A DNA stretch of 64,000 bases from Coniocarpon cinnabarinum (Eukaryota): positions 62,001 through 126,000 of the forward strand of contig JAVECO010000037.1 in NCBI GenBank assembly GCA_051942205.1, given 5' to 3'. Of this stretch, positions 1 to 12,827 are shown piece after piece; within the stretch, counting starts at the first letter, position 1; every line of letters starts with the position of its first letter. A program made the position numbers and the translations under genes. The notes beneath the pieces are model-generated. The model was not told the DNA's origin. It worked only from the letters and a program-made list of their open reading frames with translations, and made no database searches.

Positions 1-2
1 TG

Positions 3-170
3 CTCCAAGCCATGGGCCTACCGAAGAATCTCCAGATCTTCGGCTTTGGACTGTCTGTGGAGCGGCCGACAATGATCAAATATGGACTGAAAAACATCCG
101 CGACCTGGTCGGTCATAAAGTGTCGCTGGACTTCATTGAGCAGAACGGCGCAGTTCGGCTAGACAAGTGA
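3..170 (+). CDS. FRS2: Phenylalanyl-tRNA synthetase alpha subunit, C-terminal end (gene starts before the window)
   Basis: Frame 3 translates as LQAMGLPKNLQIFGFGLSVERPTMIKYGLKNIRDLVGHKVSLDFIEQNGAVRLDK*. It contains class II aaRS motif 3 (GLSxER) and the typical eukaryotic PheRS-alpha tail. Confidence 0.93.
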   Translation, partial: LQAMGLPKNLQIFGFGLSVERPTMIKYGLKNIRDLVGHKVSLDFIEQNGAVRLDK

Positions 171-619
171 GGTCACAGCGCTGCGTCCGTCACTCGAATA
201 GTATGAGCCGATGGAAGTATGTCGTTCGCGCTGATACCCAATATAATCAAGGTATAATTGCTCGAAACTGACTGCTGTCGCCTGGCGACGCAACGAGAGA
301 GGAACGAGCAAAAGAGGTCTTGCACACCATGTCTTCCACGATTTTTGAGGATAGAATCGCACGCGTTGAATGTCCTTGACGAGCACATGTACTCAATGGC
401 CATTGAGAATCAAGGGAGGATCGTCAGGAACGTAGCTACGTCACCTCGCACTTTGTGCGTATCTTAGTGGGGCCAGCTTTTTGGGCCACTCAACTCTGGT
501 GGGGCTTCAGCTTGTCAACAAACCGACCTTACCTTTCAGCTCACGGATCCCTCACCATACAAATATCGAGTACCTTGCGGGACCAACTGGGATCGTTCAA
601 GAGCTTTGCACCTTCCGAC

Positions 620-2228
620 ATGGCTCCTTCGCACAAAGCAGTCTTAGTGGTCATCGACGGCTGGGGCATCCCTTCCGAGTCTTCCCCCAAAGATGGCGAT
701 GCCATCGCCGCCGCTCAGACGCCGGTCATGGACGAGCTCAGTAAGGTCGACTCCAAGACGGCGCAAGGCTTCACTGAGCTCGATGCTTCCTCCCTCGCTG
801 TCGGCCTCCCCGAGGGCCTCATGGGAAATTCCGAGGTCGGCCATCTCAACATCGGTGCCGGTCGGGTAGTTTGGCAAGATGTTGTACGCATTGACCAGAC
901 AATCAAGAAGGGCGAATTGAAAGACATAGAGAACATCAAGAAGAGTTTCACTCGTGCTGCGTCGGGCAACGGTCGCTTGCACCTGTGTGGGCTGGTGAGC
1001 GATGGAGGTGTTCACAGCCATATCAACCATCTCACAAACTTGCTCGACGTTGCGAAAGAGTACGGTGTCAAAGAAGTCTGGATACATTTCTTCGGCGACG
1101 GCCGTGACACCGACCCGAAGAGCGGCCTAGGACACATGAAGACTTTACTGGCATATATGGAGAAGATCAGCCTTGGTAAAATTGCGACTGTGGTCGGAAG
1201 ATACTATATCATGGATCGCGACAAGCGCTGGGCGCGTGTCGAGACTGGTCTTGCGGGCCTTGTTCAGGGCAAGGGTGAAGAGTCATCCGACCCCGTCAAG
1301 ACCATTGGCGAGCGATACGCGGCGAATGAGACGGACGAGTTCCTGAAGCCAATCATTTTGAATGGGCAGGCCGGGCGGATTCAAGATGGCGACACCGTGT
1401 TTTACTTCAACTACCGGTCCGACCGAGTACGAGAGTCCACACAGCTACTTGGTGGTTTCGACCGCTCTCCCTTGCCCGACTTTCCCTACCCAAAGGACAT
1501 CCATCTCACCACCATGACTCAGTACAATGTTCAATTTCCCTACCCAATTGCATTCCCGCCACAGCACATGGGCAACGTCCTTGCGGAATGGTTGTCATCG
1601 CAAGGGGTCAAACAAAACCACGTTGCTGAGACTGAGAAGTACGCGCATGTCACTTTCTTCTTCAATGGGGGTGTTGAGAAGCAGTTTGTAGGGGAAGAGC
1701 GTGATCTCATTCCCAGCCCTCAAGTTGCAATTTACGACGAGGACCCTAAAATGAGCGCGCATGGTGTCGCAGACCGGCTCTGTGAACGCATAAAGAGCCA
1801 CAAATACGAGTTTTTGATGAACAACTTTGCGCCTCCGGACATGGTTGGCCACACAGGTAACTACAAGGCTGCGATAGAAGGTTGCACGCACACCGATCAG
1901 GCCATTGGCGATGTTTTCGAGACTTGCAGGAAAGAAGGCTATGTGTTCTTCCTGACATCAGATCATGGGTAGGTTGAGGTTTCTCTTCTCTCTTACAAGT
2001 GCTGATGTTATGCACAGCAACGCTGAGGAAATGCTCAATGAGGAGGGCAAGATGAAGACCTCGCACACCACGAACAAAGTGCCATTTATCATGGCCAACG
2101 CACCGGATGGGTGGAGTCTGCAAAAGCAAGATGGTGTGCTTGGTGATGTGGCGCCAACCGTCCTAGAGGCGATGGGCTTGCCTCAGCCTAAGGAAATGAC
2201 TGGTAAAAGTCTGTTGGTCAGGAAGTGA
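620..2228 (+). CDS. gpmI: 2,3-bisphosphoglycerate-independent phosphoglycerate mutase (iPGM)
   Basis: Motifs VIDGWG, GLMGNSEVGH (catalytic Ser), DGRDT, GRYY.MDRD, NYRSDR, AETEKYAHVTFFFNGG, DMVGH. GT-AG intron 1969-2017 joins SDHG|NAEEM. ATG at 620. Confidence 0.97.
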
Positions 2229-3570
2229 GAGCCCCGCCTACGATGATTAAGCATGGTCGACTGAAGAATGAATGCAGACGCAAGATCGACGATGTCGCTG
2301 GTGAAAGCTAATGAATGATATACTCAAACAAGTCAAGCAGCGCTCAAGCAGGATGTCCCGAGCCGGCTTCGACACAGGCCGCCTTTGGATCGACACCAAA
2401 TGAATATTGCCAGTCTTGTGGGACAAATTGCAGCCTGTTGCTTTATCCAGGATGCGCCTATTCAAGCGACAGGAGCTCGTCGCGTAAGATGGTAATGTCA
2501 GATGATCTGCAAGCTACACCGAGCATACTGTGAATCATTGCTCCCAATTGTCGGGTGGATGCGAGAATATGTGCCCGTTATCTCGTCGCGGACTCTATGT
2601 TCCTCGCTCCTGTTGATGCAAGGATTGGGGATTTTTAGCGCCAAGTTTTCACCCCAAATGTAGACACGTATATGATAGAGGTGAAATACCGAGAGTTTCT
2701 TGAGCACGACAAAGAGTCTGAGTGCGGCGCAGTCGGAAGAAAACAGCGTGGTGATGAAACACGCCTCATGAGTGGGACTGTTTGCCTTCTGGCCCCAGGC
2801 GAATCATCGTTTCCCTACCTCGCCGCTGTATTGCCACACGAGTCTCAAACTGACACTGGGATGGAATCCACTTCGCAGGTTATGATGTTATAGTTCACAG
2901 CACTGTTCTTAATGATGCAATGCGTGGGCCCCAGCGCTGAATAGCCGGGCACAGGCAACCTTGACTGAAGGCAACGCCCTTCGATGATACGCCCTAGGCC
3001 TCACCTACACACTACAGCTGTCCTGTCACTACGCCTCAGATGGGCCGATTCACTTTCGATAGGCCAGATGTAAGTATTGCCTCGAAAAAAGCCTGCCCGT
3101 GATGGATAAGCCAAGTATCCTGTTTCTATCATTTCTTTAAAGTGTCTTCCTCCCTAGACTTAAGTTTACTTGTCTCTCAAAATATTAGACTCGAGCGGCC
3201 GTGCGAAAGACTACGGAGCAAAGAGCCTCTCAAATGTCTCCTGCTTCATTTTCACTTCCAAGAGGCTAGAAAATTACACCCAAATCTGCTAAACAGTACG
3301 ACCAATTGTACGCTGCAAGGGTCTGGTAGGACAGCACTTACAGCATAATAATTCAGCCTCTAAAGTGTTTCGAAGGGCTTTCGCCGTTGTACTCATAGCT
3401 TTGTACCCCAACCCCTTCTCATCGGACAGGCTCGCCTTCTAGACTGAGACCCAGCTACGACTGTTGTCCGTGGCCCTTGCTGTCTGGCTCAGGCTACGCT
3501 TTACTTGACTGCACGTGCTGGAATATCGTGAACTTCTCTACTCACCGGCGCAACAAAATAGAAGCAGGCT

Positions 3571-5084
3571 ATGACTGAACCTCGTCGAGCCAAGAAGCAG
3601 GACTTCAACAGCCAGTAGGTAGACCTTGGGATCAAGTGTTCCGAACGACGTGGTGCTAACGAGCGAGAAGTCGATACTACTGGTACCAGCCAAGGCAGAA
3701 AAAGTTCGCACCCGTCCAAAAGGATGTCAAGCCACCCGCATGGATAGACGAAGAAGGCCACGCCATTTGGGACAATAAACAAGGCGTGTATGTTGAGCCA
3801 AGGGATTTTGAACGTCTACAAGATATCGCAGGAGAGGCGTTGAATTGGCGCAGAATGCTCGACCCGCGTGCTCACTGGCCGAAGCCCTTCTGGTGGGTCC
3901 ATGATGAGAATGATGACTGGGACCGACGTCGCCCACCTCCGTCAGGCGCACCCCCGCCACCTAATTATAATTCTGGCTCATATGCCCAGTATCAGCCTCC
4001 ACCTCGTCAACCATACGGCGGCAATACAGCTTATACTCAATCCAACCCTTCTCCGCAATACGCTAGCGCTCAGTATCCGCCGCCTCCTCCGCCTCATCAT
4101 CCTGGAGTATTCCACAACCCTTTCCACTCTCATACAGGCTCGGCACAAAATCGATACACGCCACCTCACCCTCCACCACAGCCTACAACCGGGCATCATT
4201 TTACCAACCCCCTACCCCGAGTATTCACGACCCATCATTTTTTTCATACTTCGCAAAATTACACTCAATCACCTCCCGCGCCATCACCTTCTTATACCAC
4301 TCATCCTCCTCCCCAGTCCCCCGCAGGTCACTGGGTTCCAAGTTCTAGCCCGCAACAGCCCAATCACTCACAACATGCGCCTCAGTCGGCGGCAGGCCAT
4401 TGGATTCCAAATCCAAACCCACAACATCCTCCAAGCTCGCAGCCGCCTGCCCCGCCTCATCCGGGCCCAGGACAGTGGGTAAAGACCCATCTCCCACACC
4501 GGAGCCGTCGCGCCAGCTACACAGATCCTCCTCGTCATGACGAACAATCGTCCACGCACAAATCAAGGCATTATCGTCGCCGCTCTTCACCACCGGAGCA
4601 TTTGCATCACGAAAGTGCAGTCGAATCGGATGCAGAATCCGATTCGCCTCCTCCTGCGCGCTCTGAGCGCCTCCGACGCCCCTCTATGCAAAAGAAAGAA
4701 ACACAAGCGCCTCGTTCTGGGAAAGGAGGGGATAAGACTATGCCACGATCCTCGACTCAGCGTTCCTCGACTCGCAGGACGAAGACGGCGGATGAGACTA
4801 TGCCGCCGAGTGCGCTGAAGCGCTTCGCCCATCTCGAGCTTGGAAAACATGATAACTCACCCTCACATTCCGAATCGCAACCTCAGCAGCAAGCGAAGAC
4901 TAAGAGACAATCGAAGAAGACAGCACCAGAACCGTCAATAAAGCGGCGGTCCAGCAAAACGAAAGAGCGACCGGCAGAGTCGAGGCGATTGCAGCGGAGC
5001 GATAGTCCGAGTCAGGAGGGGTTGTGGGATACGGATGATGTTGTTCTTCCTGATGGGATGAGTATTGCTTCCGGGTCTGAGTGA
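3571..5084 (+). CDS. Hypothetical protein: short Trp-rich N-terminal region followed by Pro/His/Ser-rich low-complexity sequence
   Basis: ATG at 3571. Intron 3615-3670 (GTAGGT...GCTAAC...AG) joins in frame to the 432-aa ORF. No family recognised. Confidence 0.7.
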
Positions 5085-5929
5085 TGACTGAGCAGCGCGG
5101 GGTGAGATGGGCAGCTAGTGACGGTGTACAGAGAAGGGAGGGAAGAGTGCGGGGAGAGCAGGGCGCAGAGAGGCAGGGAGAGAGGTCAAATACGTGGATT
5201 ACCATTGGCGTTTTGGAGGTACGACGTAAAGATTGAGAGAAGATGTTGGGGAGTAGAACAGCCCCCTCATTCACGTCCCAAAGTTCGCCAAAGTGACAGC
5301 AATCGCTATGAAGTCTCGAAGTGTGGGTGCTTTGAAGGAGTGAATGCGTTGAAGCTTTCTAGATCCTTGTCATAAAACTTTCAGAGCAGCGCATGCATAG
5401 CGCAATTCAATGCTTTGCAAGGCTCAAAAGGCTTCCGCCGGCGTGTCTATGGTTTTGCACCTGTAATGCGCTCGTGGACTGTGCTGTTCGCCTAGACTGA
5501 GACTTCTTATGCTCTGCCCTGGATCTGTCTAGCTATGACTTCTATCTGCCGCCTGCGCGCTCCTGTTCCGACGTCTCCCCATTGCTCAGCCAATATAGAA
5601 GCTACCGCGCTGCTGCTGTGCTATCGATGTGTACCGGTGGCCTTGAAATACCCCTTGCTGAGCGGTGTTATGGGCTGTCGTACACTGACGTCGTGGAGCA
5701 GCCTGTCGCAAGCGTGTCACCGCTGCCTTGGTCGCTCTAGTACAGCGGAACTAACCGGACTCCTCCCACATAGCCCATTGCCCTCCTCTCTTAATCTTAG
5801 AACCCATGTCGAATCCGCGGCGCAAGGTGTTACGTTGACTCTGAACACGCCAATGGCGTAGTCGAAAATGCTGTACTAATCAAGCGGCCATATGTTCTTC
5901 CACAGATGACACCGTGACCGAGTCTATGC

Positions 5930-7479
5930 TCATATCCAGACTTTCTTTTTCTTGCGCGCTAGAATAGTCCACAATAAGCACAGAAAACCAGATGCTACGA
6001 GCAACACCACACCCGCCCATATTTGAGCGCCCGTCATGTTTGCAGCATCTAGATTTACCAACGAGCCAGCGATGGGTGCGCCTGTTAGACTTGCTAAACT
6101 GGTAGTCGCCCAAGCCATGCCCATCCAGGTCCCTTGGACTTCCGTTCTTTCGCACACACTTGGGAAGATGGACGGTGGTAAGGCGATTAATGCTCCGGAG
6201 AAGAGACCGTATAGAGTACAGTAGACGGCGTAGCCACCTAGATCGTGAATACCGAGCCAGGCTAAGCTTAAGACGCCTGAGATAAAGCTGGATGATATTT
6301 AGCGACTGTGTAGAAACGTAAGTCGTCAAGTGACTTACATGCATGTGACCAGTGGCGCCATGACACCGACGTAATGAGCAGTCAAGCCCGCCCCAAGCCG
6401 TCCAAAAAGCGATGCGCCTTGCACTGCTACCAGCAGCCATGCACCCGTGGAGGCAGGCTGGTGAAGTACGACAGTTGCAAAAGTGGGGATGTAGAACATG
6501 GGTACGAGGTAGCCCCAAAAGGACATGGATTGTGCGGCTGTGTAAGCCAGCCATGCAGGTGTTCTCAATGCTGACAGGTCGAATAGTCGGCGGGCTTTGC
6601 CGGAGACTTTGGCTTTGCCACCTGCGAGAAGTAGCGGGATTGCGGCGAGGTAGAGACCCATGACGATGAAGCCAATTGTTCGGATGGCCTATCAGGAGAT
6701 AAGTGATAGTCATGCCTGAAAACGCAGAATACATCCTCACCCAAGGAAAGCCAATTGAAGGTTGCAACTTGAGGAAGATGATCGTGTAGATGATTCCACC
6801 TTTGCTTCGTATCAGAGGGGTGCTGTCTCATCGCTAATTTAAACTAGGCTTACCAAGTGCAATGCCGCCAGCGACGATTCCCATAGCTAAGCTCCGGGTT
6901 TTTGTATGCCCCTGAGCGACCAACGCCAGCGTCGGCACGTAAAGCAGTCCACTACCGACGCCATTACAGACATGGCTGAGGAAAAGCTGGTAATATTGTG
7001 TGCTAAGACTGAGCATCATGATCCCAAGCGTGCTAAGGAAGCTTCCAGACAAGACGAGGGTACGATAATATCCCAAGTCGTAAATCGGACCACTCAGCAC
7101 GCTCACCATGCTGACCAGGAAGTTCTGCACAGTCCCAACCCAGGCCACGCTCGACTCAGACTTGTCTCGCAGATAGTCCACGGTGTAGAAGTTTTGAAAG
7201 ACTCCATAGCAGAGTGGAAAACCCCTGCAGACGCATCAGCGGCCGCTAATGCCGTGCAAACCATAAAGGATCATACCAAATATTAATGAATGCGAAAAAC
7301 CCGCCAAGGACCTGTAGCCATGCTTTTGTGCCACCTTGAACTATGTCGTTTTGCGCGGCACCCGATGTATGCTTTTGCAGCTTTTCGCCATTGGCCTCGT
7401 CTTCATTTAGGCCTGAGTCATTGGCTGTGGGACTAGCGTCGTCTGACGTAGAGCGCTTCTCGTCTAGGCTTTCGACCAT
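5930..7479 (-). CDS. MFS monocarboxylate-porter (MCT/MCH) family transporter, multi-exon
   Basis: Exons read GGTKAWLQVLGGF, GPIYDLGYYR, GSGLLYVP, RSLAMGIVAGG, ASLFGRLGAG, GTWMGM..GAPIAG. Several GT-AG introns separate the ORF-track fragments. Confidence 0.9.
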
Positions 7480-8264
7480 CACAGCCACAGTATGCTTCTG
7501 AACGCCCTAATCCTGCAGTACTAGCAGCTCACCAAGGTGTAAAACAATGCCAGGAATAAGAACACAGAACAACATTTTAGGTAGGAATTTAGGATCGGCA
7601 CTTCCAAAGCGCGAACTAATTAGTTGCTGCATGACGCAGGATGTTGCAATGGCCTCGGGTCATCTGAAGTCGACCAAGACCATTTTGCTTAGTCTGCTCC
7701 TCAGGGTCTGTCATTGTCGAGCAGGCAATCACGCAAAAGCAAGACGTGCGCGAGTCGATCTTACTAGACATTGTCTTGCCTCGACCTCTCTTCAGCCGTC
7801 TACTGTTGACACCTCCCTAGCGATCAAACGTGCGGACAAGCAGTATCAGACATTTTGGCCAGGATATTTGGAAATGATGTGTCCCGTACTAAGGTCAAGT
7901 GGTAAAGATTGGAGACCGCAGGAACTCAATTGAAAGCGTACAGCCCAGCGAGTCATCTAGAATTCCAGAAAGTATTGGACTTCACTCTTTTGTGACATGA
8001 GGCATGCAATAAGGCTTCAAAGCGGATGCATAACTAGAGCGAGGAACTATGCGTGACTCGATGCGTCATATACGTAACCTGGATGAGTGCATGTTGAGTA
8101 GACGGGTGAGGGGTGTGGTGAGATAAGTACCTGCGTTTGTAAAATTAGGGTAACATTACCCTGCATCGCCAAATTACTTAGATTGCGCTCGAGTAGAGCT
8201 CCTGCATGAGCCTGTGCCTTTTTTTTAGCCTCTATTCATATCGATCCCCACCACATCCAGCAAG

Positions 8265-9292
8265 ATGACGAGGAAGAGAAGAAGAGGTCCGACTCTGGAT
8301 CAACAACTCCAACGACCATGGTGTTTCTACTGTGAGTACGGCCTTCTTGATGGCCGACGGCGCATTGGCTGATCAGGCTTTAGGCGAACGGGACTTTGAT
8401 GACATGATGATCCTGTTGTCACATCAAAAGGCAAAGCACTTCAGGTGTGACAAATGCAATCGGAGACTCAATACTGCAGGTGGTCTATCTGGTGAGTGAC
8501 TGATGTGGCCTGTCCTATTAACTTCATAACTAATAGCGAGTGAATATAGTACACATGAATCAAGTGCATAAGGAGCCGCTTGAGAGAGTTGAAAATGCTC
8601 TACCTAATCGGCAAGATACAAACATCGAGATATTCGGTACCGAGGGGATTCCAGAACAGGCGATCCAAGATCACAGGCAGCAAGTCATCCAGGAGTACAT
8701 GCAAGCGGCCTCAGATCGTCAAAGACTCACTGGCAATCCGCAACCGGGCACGAAGCCCAGCGACATGCCCAAAAGGCCCAAGCTCGCCGAAGAAGGTGAC
8801 CTAAAGGAGCGCTTGAGAGACTACGTCGCGCAAAAAGCCGCCAGTCGAGCTCATGACTACACCATGCAGGATGCGCCAGATGGATTTCAACAGCCATACG
8901 GCAATGGCATGGACTCTTTTCATCATCCGCCACCTGGGCAGGCGCCATATGGCTATCCACCGAACAGCGCATCACCTGGGCAGCAACTCGGTCCAGGACA
9001 GCCACCTGGCCAATTCGGTCAGAGGCCACCAGCGGGTGCGCCACCTGCTGGCTGGCAGGATCCCAGATCGCAGGCCACCGCTGGAGGCACGCCAAGCCAC
9101 GTACCGACCGCTGTTGCGCCCAAGCGATCGGTCGATCAAGCAATGCCAGACGCTCCCACTGTGGCTGAGACCACAGCCAAGAAGGACAAGAAAGAAAAGG
9201 GCATCAAGATGTTCTACAGTGACAACGACATTAGTCCTGAGGAAAAGATGGCGGGGATGAGTAAATATGTATTCAATCCTGCGGCTGGATAG
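8265..9292 (+). CDS. BuGZ/ZNF207-like C2H2 zinc-finger protein
   Basis: Spliced product reads RPWCFYC|ERDFDD..LLSHQKAKHFRCDKCNRRLNTAGGLS|VHMNQVHKE..VENALPNR..IEIFGTEGIP, with C-terminal YSDNDISPEEKMA. Introns 8332-8383 and 8492-8549. Confidence 0.92.
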
Positions 9293-9791
9293 GAATATAG
9301 CGAATTCCTGCACGACAGCGCGGCCCCATGGCAGCCATGTAGGTGCTTGAAAGAAATTTCGACCTCGCTTATAATTTGGATGGTCTGGTGCATGTGGCTA
9401 CTAAAAGGACTGCTGCGGGTTCCATCACAGTCAGCTTCATAGTGAGTGAGTCCGCCATGCATGATCACGGATGGCTGATGTACGATACTTAACGAAGACA
9501 AGAGCAGAACTTCTAATAGACAAGTAGCTGTTTTGTTGTCCGAGAATGTTGAGTTCGCATTGCTGATATTCTCAACACTGTGTATTTGGATGCGTGCCGC
9601 GAGTTCTTCGCCGAGTGTATTGCCGAGTTGCGGGAACGCAAGCTGCTCGACCGAACTGATTAGCTTCGCTGTGCAACTGATGAATAATATGACCGTACTT
9701 CATATGCCTTGTCAGTACGTCTTCTGGTCGTACATGTCGAGTGCCGAGCTTGCGAGGAAGACTTGCTGCTCATCAATTGTCTTTACCAAGC

Positions 9792-11848
9792 ATGAGTACA
9801 GTCAAGGGAACTTATACAGCATCCACCGCCTTCTTCGAGGCGTTATATGAGGTCATATAATCCAATATTAACAACCCATTTGATCGTGAAAATAACATCA
9901 TCTGCAGGCTGGAGTCCGATATTGCTTCGTCAACCTTGGCTCAGACCATCCAGCTATTGTAGAAGCATTTGTCAAAGGCAAAAATGAGGGTCTCAAGCAA
10001 CCCGAGATCATTACTTGCCCCCACGAGGTATGGTTTGGAAAACTTTGGCCTTTCCCTTTCGCTGACAAGCAATAGATGGTCGCACTGGCGATGGCCGATG
10101 GTTATGCGCGACTGACGGGCAAGCCACAATGCGTGCTAGTTCATGTCGATGTCGGAACGCAGAATCTGGGCTCAGCAGTACACGATGCGTCCGTGGGTCG
10201 TGCACCTGTTCTGATCTTTGCTGGCTTGTCGCCCTATACTATTGAGGGCGAAGCCAGAGGATCGAGGACAGAATATGTGAGAGCGCCCTTGATACGTTCT
10301 CTGATGATCCAACGCTAGCTAACGCATTAGGCCTTTATAGATCCACTGGTTAGTACGAAGCCTTTGAGGTAGTGCTTCTGACGTCTCCGATGCTAATGTT
10401 ACTATCCAAGGTTGCAAGATGTGCCTAATCAAGGTCAAATTATTGCTCAGTATTGCCGATACAGCGCAGAGCTCAAGTCGGGTCGCAACATCAAACAAAT
10501 GGTCAACAGGGCACTCTCATTCGCATTGTCAGATCCAAAAGGGCCTGTCCATCTCATTGGTCCTCGAGAAGTCATGGAAGAAGAAATCGAACCATACAGT
10601 CTTGATCAGTCTCATTGGAGGCCCATTGAGGCCGCGGCTTTGCCTCCCTCGGGCGTACAGCGAATTGCTGCAGCGCTCGCCACTGCAAAAGAGCCCCTGT
10701 GCATCGTTGGCGGCGCAGGACGCAACCATGCCGCGCCTACGGAACTCGTCAAACTAGCCAACATCGTGAAAGGCATGCGAGTGCTCGACTCCGCTGCATC
10801 GGATATGAGTTTCCCTGCTGACCATCGCGCGTGGTTGAGTGCACGTTATGGTGTCGACGATAGCATCAAGACTGCAGATGTCATTCTCGTTCTGGAGTCA
10901 GACGTGCCATACATACCCACGAAGTGCAGACCCAAGCCAGATGCAACAATCTACCATATTGATATCGACCCCTTGAAGCAGCTCATGCCAGTCTTCTACA
11001 TCGACGCAGTTGCTCGCTACCGTGCAGATAGCGCTACAGCGTTACAGCAACTGAACGAGCATCTCACTTCCAACGCTGAGCTCCAATCTCTCCTCACCAG
11101 TGAAAGCATCAATGCGCGCTGGCATGCTCTAGAGCAATCGTACGCTGCGCGCCTGCAAACCATCAAAGATCAGGCGCAACCATCCAGCAACGGCACCTTC
11201 GGGCCCAGTCACCTCACAGCTCGCGTCCGCGCCCTGTGTCCCCCAGACACGATTTGGTGCGTTGAAGCCGTCACCAACGCTGGACTCGTCGCCGACCAGA
11301 TTCAAGCCACGCGTCCTGGCTCGTTTATCAATTGTGGCGGCGGAGGACTGGGTTGGTCCGGCGGCGCTGCTCTAGGCATAAAACTCGCTGCCGACGATGT
11401 TGCCAAGGCTCAAGGAGATGGCAGCGCTACGCCCTTCATAACACAGATTGTGGGCGATGGTACATACCTCTTTTCCGTCCCTGGCACCGTCTACTGGATT
11501 AGTCAGCGCTACAATCTCCCAGTGTTGACCATCATTCTGAACAACAAAGGCTGGAACGCTCCCCGAAAAAGTGCACTGCTCGTGCATCCAGAGGGATACG
11601 CGAGTAAAGCCAGTAACGAAGACATGAATATCAGCTTTGCGCCGAGTCCGGATTACGCGGGAATAGCGCATGCGGCAAGTGGAGGCAAGGTGTGGGCAGG
11701 AAGGGCAAGAGACGTGAAGGGGTTGGAGAGTACATTGAAGACGGCAGTCGAGCAGGTGAAGATGGGCAATGGAGCCGTCGTGGATGCACAATTAGAAGGT
11801 GGCCAAGGGAGCTTTGGGGCGGGTGTCGAGGGCAAGCAGGGGGGTTGA
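9792..11848 (+). CDS. Thiamine-diphosphate-dependent enzyme (acetolactate synthase/benzoylformate decarboxylase-like superfamily), substrate unknown
   Basis: FVNLGSDHP, CPHE (catalytic Glu), AMADGYAR, GLGWSGGAALG and the ThDP motif GDGTYLF...LNNKGW. Introns 9852-9907, 10028-10075, 10277-10340, 10349-10410. Confidence 0.92.
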
Positions 11849-12360
11849 GAGATGGTAATGACAGCGGCGATGTCCACAGGAACGGTCAGCTTTCCCACCC
11901 GTCATCAAGTGACGAAGTAGATAGAGCACTTTTGCCTGTGTAGATGGTGGCGATGGACCCTCGGTGTGCAATAGCACGTAGCAATCCGAGTCTAGGGATA
12001 GTCGTGTGGTCGTCTCGAATATCTCCACGAGAGACCTTTAAGCTGTGGAAAGCACAACATTCCACACTGAGTGGTGCTCTCGTTGCTAGTAAAATATGAC
12101 CTTTTCACTAAAGGTTGCTGAAGCTAATAACACGACTGCATGGCCAACGCGCCCGGTGGCTTGAAGATATGTTGTGGCAAGTGTTTTTGCAGCAACTTGA
12201 AGGTCAAGCTCCGAAGCAAAGGTCGGTTATCATTTGGCAAAGGTCGGTAAACATTTTCGCCCCTAGATTGTATGACCGACCTTTACCCGACTTTATAACT
12301 AAAAAATATAGTTTACAGTAAAATACATTTTAAACGTTTATTTAATTAATTTAGAAAGGA

Positions 12361-12430
12361 TTAGGGTTAGAGGTTAGGGTTAGGAGGATTAAGGTTAGGA
12401 GGATTAGGGTTAGAGGGGTTAGGGTAAGGA
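12361..12430 (+). repeat. Degenerate interstitial telomere-like (TTAGGG) tract inside an AT-rich island (~12290-12510)
   Basis: ttagggttagaggttagggttaggaggattaaggttaggaggattagggttagaggggttagggtaagg. Confidence 0.8.
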
Positions 12431-12827
12431 TTCTAAATGTATAAAAAATATGTTCTAAAAGCGTTAAAAAATACAATTTATAGATAATCTAATATTATCT
12501 ATTAGTACGCTAAGGAAGATGCTGACCTCTAGCGCCGGGATTGCCGACCTGTATGTCGGTCAAGCTCACGTGAATATAGTGTCAGCGGGATCTGAGCATG
12601 AGTCGTCATGTGATCTGTGCATTACATCTTATCTGTAGCTGCGCAGGGTCAGCTTTGGCTCCGATGTTTACACGCATTGTCGCAGGCATCATACGTTCAC
12701 AGCGTCACAGCATTCACCCAAGTCCGGAGACAGAGTGGCTAGACGACGCTTGCAAAGCCTCTCTATACTGCTCAAACGCACATCACCGTCAATAAGTGGT
12801 CGTCTCGGACCATGTAACGATTCGTCA

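Noticed and set aside
8147..8162. AGGGTAA-ca-TTACCCT palindrome upstream of the zinc-finger gene
   Set aside because: Plausible promoter element, but a single 7-bp inverted repeat is not enough to support a call.
9500..10410. TPP riboswitch near the ThDP-enzyme gene
   Set aside because: No CUGAGA ... CCUGA/GAUAA/GCG-type aptamer arrangement is visible in the leader or introns.
12361..12430. Telomerase RNA template or true chromosome end
   Set aside because: The tract is multi-copy, degenerate and flanked by intact genes on both sides. A TER template would be about 1.5 repeats.
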